Source: Thermomicrobiales bacterium (GTDB taxonomy: Bacteria; Chloroflexota; Chloroflexia; Thermomicrobiales; CFX8). From it: 64,000 bases of DNA. Position 1 is the first letter of the stretch; each line of letters starts with the position of its first letter. The translations under genes were made by a program, and so were the position numbers. A model generated the notes under the pieces. That model was not told the origin of the DNA, ran no database searches, and was given only the letters and a program-made list of their open reading frames with translations. The stretch spans positions 342,484-406,483 of the forward strand of contig JAWKPC010000003.1 of the NCBI GenBank assembly GCA_041390865.1, read 5' to 3'. Shown here piece by piece: positions 9,446 to 18,101 of this stretch.

Positions 9446-10807
9446 ATGGCACGCATCGACGCACAAACTGTCCAGCGTGCGAGTCATCCTAAAGAGGATA
9501 CCGCCCGATCACCGAAAACATCGACCCGGCGACGAAAAATGGCCCTCGCGGCTATCGTGGCCGCCCTAGCCCTGGCCGTCGCCTCGACCGTCACCGGCGC
9601 GGCCACTCGAGCCTATTCGATCGTCTACGGTGACACGCTGAACGAGATCGCGTCCAAGCACGGCACCGACGTTGCGACGCTGGTCGGGCTGAACGACCTT
9701 GGCGATCCGGACATGATCATCGCCGGCGACGAGATCAACGTCCCGGATGGAGACCTGACGACCTACACGATCCAGGAAGGCGACACCTTGGCCGGCATCG
9801 CCGCGAGTTACGGCGTCGACATCCAGGAACTGATCGCAGTCAATAAGATCGACGATCCAGACCTCATCCGGCCAGGCAACGTCCTGATGATCTATCTTCC
9901 GGTCGAGGGCAGCGAATCGCCGGCGGCGGATGAAGCCGTCGATTCGGATGACGAAGCGACAGAGCCCGCCAACGCGGAATCCGACGAAGCTTCCGATGAG
10001 TCGACGGACGTTCAGGACGAAGGCGCCGGCGACTCGGCCACGGACGAAGCTGGCGCAGAGGATGATGAATCCGCGACAACATCCGACGAGTCGCAGGCTG
10101 GCCGGCTTCATCTCGTCCAGGCAGGCGAAACGCTGGCGCTGATTGCCGCCGAGTATGACGTGACCGAAGCCCAGATCATCGCCGCCAACGCGCTCGAGTC
10201 GGCCGAAGTCAGCTCCGGCATGATTCTCAAGATCCCGCTCGCCAGTTCGGCCGGGGTCGAGCTCATCGGCATGCCAACCCGCCACGAACAGTGGCCGCTC
10301 ATGAGCGAGCTTTCGGCCGCGTCGCTGGCGACGGCATACTGGGGCGCACCGGTCTCGGCCGAGGACCTGCTGGCCGGCATCGAGCGCTCGGACAACCCGC
10401 ACCTGGGTTTTCGCGGTGATCCCTACGGGATGTTCGGCACAACGGAAGACTATGGCGTCTACAACGCACCGCTCGCCGCGGCGCTCGAAGCCCACGGCTT
10501 CTCGGCCGACGCCTTCTACGCCGACGGGGACCGCTCGGCGCTGACCTCCCGGATCGACGCCGGCAAACCGGTCGTCGTCTGGGTAACCTACAACCTCACC
10601 ATGCAGGAGCGAAACATCGTCGAAGACGACCTCGGCCGCTACTCGCTGATTCGCGAGCAGCACGCGGTGCTTGTCTACGGATACGACGACGCCGGCATCA
10701 GCGTCATGGACGTTGGAACCGGTGCGAGCGCAACGTGGGATTGGGACACCTTCATGGCGTCGTGGTCGCTGTTCGACGGCATGGGCCTCGCGATTGACCT
10801 GCAATAG
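9446..10807 (+). CDS. Secreted 3x LysM protein with acidic linker and C-terminal peptidase-C39_2-like domain
   Basis: Three LysM repeats (YSIVYGDTLNEIA.., YTIQEGDTLAGIA.., HLVQAGETLALIA..). C-terminal GKPVVVW..EQHAVLVYGYD pattern. AAAGGAG RBS upstream. The protein contains no cysteine at all. Confidence 0.75.
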   Translation: MARIDAQTVQRASHPKEDTARSPKTSTRRRKMALAAIVAALALAVASTVTGAATRAYSIVYGDTLNEIASKHGTDVATLVGLNDLGDPDMIIAGDEINVPDGDLTTYTIQEGDTLAGIAASYGVDIQELIAVNKIDDPDLIRPGNVLMIYLPVEGSESPAADEAVDSDDEATEPANAESDEASDESTDVQDEGAGDSATDEAGAEDDESATTSDESQAGRLHLVQAGETLALIAAEYDVTEAQIIAANALESAEVSSGMILKIPLASSAGVELIGMPTRHEQWPLMSELSAASLATAYWGAPVSAEDLLAGIERSDNPHLGFRGDPYGMFGTTEDYGVYNAPLAAALEAHGFSADAFYADGDRSALTSRIDAGKPVVVWVTYNLTMQERNIVEDDLGRYSLIREQHAVLVYGYDDAGISVMDVGTGASATWDWDTFMASWSLFDGMGLAIDLQ

Positions 10808-10816
10808 GTTCTGGTC

Positions 10817-11209
10817 GTGGAGATAACGCTCAAGGCACTCGTGCTCGTCAGCATAGGGGGCGCCATCGGCGCCCCCTCTCGCTTTGCTCTTTCGGTGCTG
10901 ATCACCCGGGCGCTCTCCCAACCGGCGTTCCCCTACGCCACCCTAGCGGTCAACACCCTGGGCAGCTTCCTTCTGGCGTTCCTGACCTGGACGGTCGCAG
11001 GCCGTTTCGGCATGACCAGTTCGGCACGGATCTTGCTCGGAACGGGGCTCATGGGGGCCTTTACGACATTCTCGACCTTTTCGGTCGAATCAGTGCTTCT
11101 GATCGACGAATCTCGCTACCAGTCCGCGATCACCTACATGACGGTTTCGGTCCTCCTCTGCGTTGCGGCGGCGTTCGCCGGCATGCACGCGGCCAGGACC
11201 CTGGCATGA
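10817..11209 (+). CDS. crcB: Fluoride ion channel CrcB/FluC
   Basis: GGAIGAPSRF and GLMGAFTTFSTFS motifs, four TM segments, 130 aa. Confidence 0.85.
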   Translation: MEITLKALVLVSIGGAIGAPSRFALSVLITRALSQPAFPYATLAVNTLGSFLLAFLTWTVAGRFGMTSSARILLGTGLMGAFTTFSTFSVESVLLIDESRYQSAITYMTVSVLLCVAAAFAGMHAARTLA

Positions 11210-11287
11210 CGAATCGAACCATCTGATACTGGTAGAGTTTCGTAGTAATGTCGGGCATGCACGCAGAGAGAGCCGGAATGGTCCACG

Positions 11288-12127
11288 ATGCACGACGAGA
11301 ACGCCAATCGAAACGCACGTCCTGGGAATCCGGATTCCCAGGCGAGCTGGGAACAGGACGATGTTCCCGCGTTGGCTCTAGGCGCCCTCGATAGCGACGA
11401 GGAAGAACAGACACTGTCGCACGTCCGATCCTCGATGACGGCCCGCGAGGAGCTTCGCGCCTTCGAGGAACTCGCCGGCGATCTCAGCCTGGCCGTCGAG
11501 CGGGCAACACCTCCGCCCCAACTGCGGGACAGGATCCTCCAGAGAACAGCGCCGACGGAGCCTGCTCGGGTCGAACCGGAGCGGGTAACCCGCCTGTCTC
11601 CTCCGGTGTGGATCGGCACGCTGGCAGCGGCCGTCCTTATCCTCGCTCTGGCCGCAATAGCGCTAACCCAGTGGTCATCGGCCCGGGATCGCGGCGACAC
11701 GATTGACGACTTGCGGTCGGAGATCGTCTCCCAGAACGCACGCATCGCCGAACTCGAGACGGCAGCTGCGTCCGCCGGCGCCTTCATCGATTTCGAGGAA
11801 CCGCTGGTGTGGACCGAACTGTCCGCGCCGGCTCCGGGACGGCAATCGCCCGGATTCCTGGCCCGTACCCCGGACGGCCAGACGGCGTATCTCGTCCTGA
11901 CCGGCGTCGAGATCGATGCCGAGCACGTCTTCCAGGCCTGGTTGATCGAAGACACTCCCGTATCGGTCGGCACGCTCAGGACGTCCAACAATGGCCTCGG
12001 GTTTCTCATCCTGAAACATCAAGGACAGCCGATTCAGGAATTCAACCTGATCGGCGTAACGATCGAGCCTCCCGGCGGGAGTCCGCAACCCACGTCCGAT
12101 CCTATCGTCGTCGGCGAGATCGTCTAA
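11288..12127 (+). CDS. Anti-sigma factor, RskA-like (single TM, extracytoplasmic anti-sigma-K domain)
   Basis: N-terminal LALGALDSDEE...ELRAFEELAGDL..PPPQLRDRIL, a TM segment VWIGTLAAAVLILALAAIAL, and C-terminal FQAWLIED...IGVTIEPPGGS. Confidence 0.65.
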   Translation: MHDENANRNARPGNPDSQASWEQDDVPALALGALDSDEEEQTLSHVRSSMTAREELRAFEELAGDLSLAVERATPPPQLRDRILQRTAPTEPARVEPERVTRLSPPVWIGTLAAAVLILALAAIALTQWSSARDRGDTIDDLRSEIVSQNARIAELETAAASAGAFIDFEEPLVWTELSAPAPGRQSPGFLARTPDGQTAYLVLTGVEIDAEHVFQAWLIEDTPVSVGTLRTSNNGLGFLILKHQGQPIQEFNLIGVTIEPPGGSPQPTSDPIVVGEIV

Positions 12128-12225
12128 CGTTTCCTCCGTCCGTACGCTTCTGATTTAATACCGGGTTGTCGAACCGCGTACTAACCTGGACCGAATCTGA
12201 TGAATGCCGATGAAGGGCAGATGCC

Positions 12226-13116
12226 GTGTTTCGCCGAATCGTACTGATCTTCGCGGGGCTGACGATGGCCGCGCTCATTCTCGCCTCCTGCTCAATTTCG
12301 GGCGGCGACGACGATGACGACAGCCCTCCGCCAACCGCGACAGCGACGGACGAACCCGCGAACACAGCGACGCTCGCACCGGAGCTAACAGAGACCGAAA
12401 CCGCGGCGCCGACAGCTACCGGGACAGCCACGCCGGAACCGACTTCCAGCCCGACGGCGACGGCATCACCAACGGCAACGTCCACGCCAACTCCGACATC
12501 CACCCCAACCGCGACGCCGATTCCGATCGTTCAGAATCCGTTCGAAAACGTTCCGCCGCCGGATATCGTTCTCGAAAACTACAAGGTGATCTATGCCGGC
12601 GAAGTCATCACGCCAGAAGGCGGAACCGAAACGCTGGATATCGCAATCGAGCAATCGTCGCCGACCCGTTACCACCTGAAAGCCGGCGAAGAGGTCGAAA
12701 TCTGGGTCATCGAAGACGCGACCTACTTCCGGAATCCCGACGACGGCTCGATCTTCCAGATCCCTTCGGCAGTTGATCCCGGCCTCGTTTCGCCGGCGGC
12801 ATATCTGATCCAGGTCCCCGATCCGGCGAACGTGCCTGAAGCACTGAGCACGGGCGAGGAAGAGGTGGATGGACGGCCCGCCGCCCACTACAGTGTGTCA
12901 GCCGACCAGATCGGTGCCTTCGGGCTGGCAGAGGGCGAAACGATCAACGATCCCGAGGGAACCATCGAAATCTGGATCGACAATGAACTCGGATTCATCA
13001 GCCAGATGGACATCGATGTCGAATGGACCGACGAAAACGGCACGCGCCAGTCGGCGGACATCGACCTGCTCGTGTTCGACGTCGGAACCACCGGCGAGAT
13101 CGCGCCGCCGATCTAG
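12226..13116 (+). CDS. Lipoprotein with Thr/Pro/Ala-rich linker, function unknown
   Basis: Lipobox LILASC, followed by a low-complexity TATATDEPANTAT...TPTPTSTPTATP linker and then a globular domain. Confidence 0.6.
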   Translation: MFRRIVLIFAGLTMAALILASCSISGGDDDDDSPPPTATATDEPANTATLAPELTETETAAPTATGTATPEPTSSPTATASPTATSTPTPTSTPTATPIPIVQNPFENVPPPDIVLENYKVIYAGEVITPEGGTETLDIAIEQSSPTRYHLKAGEEVEIWVIEDATYFRNPDDGSIFQIPSAVDPGLVSPAAYLIQVPDPANVPEALSTGEEEVDGRPAAHYSVSADQIGAFGLAEGETINDPEGTIEIWIDNELGFISQMDIDVEWTDENGTRQSADIDLLVFDVGTTGEIAPPI

Positions 13117-13189
13117 CCGGCATCGAGGATTGGCGCGGCGTCGCCGTCATGACGATACGAGCTAGCATCTACGTTCTGAACGACTGCGC

Positions 13190-14146
13190 TTGAAACGAGA
13201 ACCTGCAGTGAGCATCGACCGGGATGGGATACGAGATGACCGTGTGCGTCTGATGCTCGAGCGGATGCGAGCCGGCTGGATCGTCGAAGGCGACGGCCCG
13301 GAAGCGGAACGGCTCGCCTTTCACACACTCGGGCAGCGCTTCCCGGCCCCTGAAGGAGTTACCCGGCAGCCTGTTGACCTCCGGGGAGTTCCGGCTATCG
13401 AAACGTCATTGCCGGACGACGCGACCGCCGAAGGTCCAACGGTCCTTTACCTCCACGGCGGAGCATTCGTCATCGGTTCAGCGGAGATCTACGGAGAACA
13501 GTCGGCGCGCCTGTCGCTGGCATCGGGAGCGCGCGTCCTCACCATCGACTACAGGCTCGCTCCGGAACATCCCTTCCCTGCTGCCCTTGACGACACGGTG
13601 TGCGCCTATCGCAGCTTGCTCGATGCCGGAATTCACGCCGGCCGCATCGTGATCGCGGGAGATTCAGCCGGCGGAAACCTCGCCCTTGCTGCGTCCAAGC
13701 GGCTCAGAGATGCGGGAATACCGCTCCCAGCTGGACTGGTACTGATCTCGCCCTGGGTCGACCTCTCTTGCGCGTCGTCCTCGATGGAGTACAACGCCGA
13801 TGCCCGTCACCTCGCCCAGCGGCAAGGCCTCCTCCGCTCCGCCGCCACCTACCTTGGCGATGTCGATGCCCGCCATCCCGAGGCGTCACCGATTCATGGC
13901 GATCTCTCATCGCTCCCGCCAACGCTTATCCAGGTCGGGAGTCTCGAGACGTTGCTCGACGATAGCGTGACCCTCGAACAGGAACTCAAAGCAGCAGGCG
14001 TTCAGGCACGGCTCCATGTCTATGAAGGTATGGTCCACGAATGGCATCTGTTGTCGGCGTTGCTGGAGCCCGACGCGATGCTCGATGAGGCAGCCGAGGC
14101 TATCGGCGAGATTGCGGCTTTCATTCGCGAAGTCTCGATACGATGA
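13190..14146 (+). CDS. Alpha/beta hydrolase, hormone-sensitive-lipase-type esterase
   Basis: HGGAF oxyanion motif, GDSAGG nucleophile elbow, and a C-terminal His region. Confidence 0.85.
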   Translation: MKREPAVSIDRDGIRDDRVRLMLERMRAGWIVEGDGPEAERLAFHTLGQRFPAPEGVTRQPVDLRGVPAIETSLPDDATAEGPTVLYLHGGAFVIGSAEIYGEQSARLSLASGARVLTIDYRLAPEHPFPAALDDTVCAYRSLLDAGIHAGRIVIAGDSAGGNLALAASKRLRDAGIPLPAGLVLISPWVDLSCASSSMEYNADARHLAQRQGLLRSAATYLGDVDARHPEASPIHGDLSSLPPTLIQVGSLETLLDDSVTLEQELKAAGVQARLHVYEGMVHEWHLLSALLEPDAMLDEAAEAIGEIAAFIREVSIR

Positions 14147-14547
14147 GCGGTTCGGAACGGTTTGCGATCTCGAGATCCCGGTGGGCCGCCCCGCTCCTCG
14201 TGCTCCTGACAGCCACGGAATCACGATCGTGGGTCGAGCTTCGTCCGTCATGCCTGAGGGTGCGGTACGGCTGGTATCAACTGGACATCCCGTACGACAC
14301 CATCAAGACGGTTAAACCCTCCGATTGGCCCTGGTATGCCGGGATTGGCTGGCGCACGAACCTGCGATCCGTAATCGGACTCATCGGCTCGTACAGGGGA
14401 GTCGTCCGCATCGACCTCGCACCGCCGCAGCCGACAAGATTGCTCGGCATACCGATCAAGCTCTCGCAGCTCTACGTTTCGCTCGAAGACGCTGCTGGTT
14501 TTATGGACGCGCTGGATCAACGGAGGCGGGAGACGCACCAACGGTAG
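14143..14547 (+). CDS. Hypothetical protein (134 aa)
   Basis: ATGA overlap with the esterase stop. Balanced composition. No family recognised with confidence. Confidence 0.5.
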   Translation: MSGSERFAISRSRWAAPLLVLLTATESRSWVELRPSCLRVRYGWYQLDIPYDTIKTVKPSDWPWYAGIGWRTNLRSVIGLIGSYRGVVRIDLAPPQPTRLLGIPIKLSQLYVSLEDAAGFMDALDQRRRETHQR

Positions 14548-14606
14548 GTTCGGGTCCAGCCCAGCTACCCTCAGGATCCTCATGCTGTGAACATCGTCTA
14601 GCGGCC

Positions 14607-15863
14607 TTACCCGGCGCGCAGGTCCGCGACCACCGCCTCGGCGGCTCGTTTGCCTGAGGCGAGAGCTCCGTTGATCGATCCGTTGTCGCGATGGTCGCCG
14701 CAAACATACCGGTTCTTGTTCACCCGAACTGGCCGGCGAGGCAGCGAGAGCGCCGGGGTTCCTGGCGCGGCAGAGCGTCCGGTATCCGGTAGATCCGCAG
14801 CAACTCCCAGCCGGCAACCTCATCACCCCACCAGCCGGTCAGCTGATCCCGGACCCGGCGATCCAACTCCGGATCATCGACATCGGGTATGCCGACCGTC
14901 GAGGCCGAGATGAGCGCTGCGCCGGGCGGGGCATAGAGTGGCGACACATTGCTAATCACCGCCGCATTGTTCACCGGTCCGGTTGGCTCGCTATCGAGGA
15001 GCAAAGCCGGCTCCCGGACCGGGGATTGTCAGCCGAATAGTAGAGACAGGCGGTTCCGAACGTACCGGGGACGGTGATGCCCGGAAGAAGTTCGTGGGCC
15101 GGTCCTGGTCCTGTTGCGACGACGACAGCACGGGCGGCAGCAGTTTCGCCATTCGCGAGCCTGACGCCGGACGATTCGATCGACTCAACCGGCGTGTTGA
15201 GGTAAATGCTGCCTTCCGGCAAGCGGGCTGCAAGCTGGCGGGGATTGCCTCCATACCGGTCGCCGGGATGGCAATGTCGCCTTGCGCGAACATGCGGAAG
15301 ATGAACTCGAGCATCCGGCTCGACGTTCTGAGGTCCGGCTCCAGGAAGACCCCGCCAAAGAACGGCCGGAAGAACCCGTCGATCATCGAGGTGGAGAATC
15401 CAGCCTGTCGCAGATAGTTCAGGCTCGTCGTTTCGGGGTGTTTCCAGAGATCGTCAAGCGTCCCGCTCCGGACGCGATAGCGAAGCTGGGCGACGCGGCC
15501 CTTGTCGAGGATCGAGCCCACCGGGGTTGCAATCGTCTTCCCGCCATCGACTGGATTGCGGAATGGATCCGCCAGGACGTGAAACCGCCCGCCAGTCCGG
15601 ACGAATGCGCCGGGATAGAACGGATGGAGATCCAGATCGCCGTAATCGAGGAGTTCGGCCGCCTCAGGATATGCAGTCAGGAGAACCTGGAAACCTCGAT
15701 CCAGCCTGAAGCCCCGAACCTCGTCGGTGCGAACCCTTCCGCCAACCTGATCGGCAGCCTCGAAGATCGAGAACGGGATGCCTTCGGCGGCAAGATGCAG
15801 GCCGCAACTGAGCCCGGCCAGTCCGGCTCCGACAATCACGACTCTCTCAGCGTCCGTTGACAT
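14607..15863 (-). pseudogene. FAD-dependent oxidoreductase (amine-oxidase/phytoene-desaturase-like) interrupted by three frameshifts
   Basis: - N-terminal VIVGAGLAGLSCG..EAADQVGGR lies in the frame of ORF 14991..15863.
- LPEGSIYLNTPVESIE continues in the 14971..15222 frame.
- LLLDSEPTGPVNN..RIYRIPDALP continues in the 14720..15004 frame.
- C-terminal RPVRVNKNRYVCGDHRDNGSINGALASGKRAAEAVVADLRAG plus stop (14607-14609) lies in a further frame.
- Frame switches fall at G4 runs 15240-15243, 15021-15024 and 14755-14758. Confidence 0.75.
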
Positions 15864-15886
15864 GGTTCCCCCTTGCCTGACTTCTC

Positions 15887-16135
15887 CTAGCGGCGAACAG
15901 CCTGGACGATCGCCAGAAGAATGATCGAACCAAGGACGGCGACCAGTAGCGACCAGAGGTTGAAGCCGGTGATTCCCGCCCCACCCAGGGCACTGACGAT
16001 CGCGCCGCCGATGAACGCCCCGATGATGCCGACGGCGATGTTCGCAAAACAGCCCATTCGCTCGTTGCTGCCGGTGATAATGCTGGCAAGCCAGCCCGCC
16101 AGTGCCCCGAGCAGAATCCAGGCGAGAATGCCCAT
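15887..16135 (-). CDS. GlsB/YeaQ/YmgE-family (transglycosylase-associated) small membrane protein
   Basis: MGILAWILLGALAGWLASIITG...GIIGAFIGG, 82 aa, Gly-zipper TM pattern. Confidence 0.85.
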   Translation of the reverse strand: MGILAWILLGALAGWLASIITGSNERMGCFANIAVGIIGAFIGGAIVSALGGAGITGFNLWSLLVAVLGSIILLAIVQAVRR

Positions 16136-16279
16136 GTTGTCGTTCTCCTAACCTTCGGCCTTTCGGTCGTGGGATTTAAGGCGCAAGCCGATCGCTACAA
16201 CGCGATCTTACCAACGGCCAGGCCGACCGGAGTCGATGGAACCGTCTCGGGTATCATCCCTGACTGGAGGGTAAAAACA

Positions 16280-17035
16280 TTGGCAGACGAAAAAGCCGGC
16301 AAGCCGATCACGGAGAGACGACTCCAGCGGATGGCGTCGGTCCTGGCCAGAAGGCAGCCGGACGTCTCGATCGCTCTGGAAGATGTTCACGATCCGCACA
16401 ATGTCAGCGCCGTCCTCCGGTCTTGCGACGCTACCGGTGTGGCGGACGTCCACCTCGTCTACGACGTCGACGAGCCGCCGGAGCTGAGTACCGGAGTTGC
16501 TGCTGGAACCCAGCGGTGGCTCACCATCGAGCAGCATCGCGACATCGCCGACTGCTACGCGGCGCTCCGCGACGCGGGCCGGACGGTCTACGCAACCGCG
16601 CTTGCCGGCGACACCGTGGACCTCTATTCCCTCGATCTGACGCGACCCTGCGCGTTTGTTTTCGGAAACGAAAGCCGGGGACTTAGCGAATCAGCCGTAG
16701 AAGCCGCCGATGTTTCGGTTCGGATCCCGATGATGGGCATGGCCGAGTCGTTGAATATCTCGGTCGCCTGCGCCGTCATCCTGTTCGAGACGATGCGCCA
16801 GCGCGCGGCGGTCGGGATGTTCGATGACAGCGCAAACGACATCGCTTCGATGCGGGATACCCTCCGGGAATGGCTCGAACGGGATGAGCGGGACGTCTCG
16901 GCAGCGGACGACGCTACATTCGACCCCCAACAGTTTCCGTTAGTCTGGCCGCGCACTCAGCCGATGCCGCGCGCCGACGCCGGCGACGAGAGCGACGAGG
17001 GACCGGCGGCGGACGAGTTGGGGTACGATTGCTGA
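16280..17035 (+). CDS. SpoU/TrmH-family RNA 2'-O-methyltransferase
   Basis: LARRQPDVSIALEDVHDPHNVSAVLRSCDATGV, FGNESRGLS and IPMMGMAESLNISVACAV motifs. Start moved to the in-frame TTG at 16280, which has GGAGGG 8 nt upstream. The track start at 16169 remains possible. Confidence 0.8.
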   Translation: MADEKAGKPITERRLQRMASVLARRQPDVSIALEDVHDPHNVSAVLRSCDATGVADVHLVYDVDEPPELSTGVAAGTQRWLTIEQHRDIADCYAALRDAGRTVYATALAGDTVDLYSLDLTRPCAFVFGNESRGLSESAVEAADVSVRIPMMGMAESLNISVACAVILFETMRQRAAVGMFDDSANDIASMRDTLREWLERDERDVSAADDATFDPQQFPLVWPRTQPMPRADAGDESDEGPAADELGYDC

Positions 17036-17137
17036 ACTCAGCAACCCGATCCAAAGCTGGACAGCGTAAACCGTAGAGATAGCCTGCGCGCCGCACTATG
17101 CGAGCGTCGCAGCCCGATAGGAACAAACGGATACACG

Positions 17138-18094
17138 ATGAGAGTAGATGAAATCGCCGATCTCGGACGGCGCGTGCTCGACAACGTCGACCGCGTGATC
17201 ATCGGCAAGCGCCAGGTCACTGAACTGGTGCTCGTCGCGATGCTCGCCGAGGGTCATGTGCTACTGGAAGACGTTCCAGGCGTCGGCAAGACGATGCTCG
17301 CCCGGAGTATCGCCCGCTCCATCGGGGGAGACTTCAAGCGTATCCAGTTCACGCCCGACCTCCTACCGTCAGACGTCAGCGGGCTGAGCTACTTCAACCA
17401 GAAGCTCGGTGAGTTCGAATTCCGCCCCGGTCCGGTGTTTACCAACATCCTCCTGGCCGACGAGATCAACCGAGCGACTCCACGGACGCAGTCGTCGCTC
17501 CTGGAGGCGATGCAGGAGCGCACGGTCACGATCGAGGGCGACACGATGAAGCTCCCGGGACCGTTTCTCGTGCTCGCCACGGAAAATCCTGTCGAGCTTG
17601 AAGGCACGTTCCCCTTGCCGGAAGCGCAGCTCGATAGATTCCTCGTCAAACTCCCGATGGGCTATCCGTCGGAAGACGAGGAAACGGAAATGCTCGGCCG
17701 GTTTCAGATCAGCGATCCGCTCGAGAGCCTGGAACCTGTCGTCGATACCCGGACGTTGCTAGAAGCAACGGCCGCCATCCGGGAAGTCCATGTCGAAGAC
17801 GAGATTCGCCAGTATCTGACCAGGCTCGTCCGGGGAACTCGCGAACATGATGCCGTCGAGCTGGGCGTTAGCCCGCGCGGGACGCTCGCCCTCTTCCGGG
17901 CAACCCAGGCCCTTTCGGCCCTGCGCGGCCGTGACTATAGCGAGCCGGACGACGTCAAAGCCCTGGCACGCCCGGTTCTCTCTCACCGGATACTCCTGAA
18001 TCCGGAAGCCAGGCTTCGCGGGCGAACGGTCGAGTACATCATCTCCGAGGTGGTGAGCCGGGTCGAAGCTCCGGTCGAGCCACTGGCCACCTGA
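17138..18094 (+). CDS. MoxR-family AAA+ ATPase
   Basis: Walker A in LLEDVPGVGKT, Walker B in LLADEINR, and the typical MoxR length of 318 aa. Confidence 0.9.
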   Translation: MRVDEIADLGRRVLDNVDRVIIGKRQVTELVLVAMLAEGHVLLEDVPGVGKTMLARSIARSIGGDFKRIQFTPDLLPSDVSGLSYFNQKLGEFEFRPGPVFTNILLADEINRATPRTQSSLLEAMQERTVTIEGDTMKLPGPFLVLATENPVELEGTFPLPEAQLDRFLVKLPMGYPSEDEETEMLGRFQISDPLESLEPVVDTRTLLEATAAIREVHVEDEIRQYLTRLVRGTREHDAVELGVSPRGTLALFRATQALSALRGRDYSEPDDVKALARPVLSHRILLNPEARLRGRTVEYIISEVVSRVEAPVEPLAT

Positions 18095-18101
18095 GCCGCC
18101 C

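Noticed and set aside
10700-10816. Fluoride riboswitch expected upstream of crcB.
   Set aside because: Only 9 nt separate crcB from the upstream stop. The preceding coding sequence shows no crcB-motif core.
12290-12520. Repetitive DNA that might have been a tandem or CRISPR-like array. Also seen at 30230-30370, 22185-22310 and 9900-10100.
   Set aside because: These are in-frame low-complexity linkers (Thr/Pro/Ala-rich, Glu-rich, Asp/Glu/Ala-rich) inside secreted proteins or the L25 tail. There is no repeat-spacer periodicity.
14755-15243. Programmed -1 ribosomal frameshifting at the three CCCC sites of the oxidoreductase.
   Set aside because: Only the first site (A-TCC-CCG read as ATC CCC G) lets a Pro-tRNA re-pair in the -1 frame. 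The other two (AAT/GAA CCC CGG) would require TCC/ACC pairing. There is no downstream stimulatory structure, and three programmed events in one gene is implausible.
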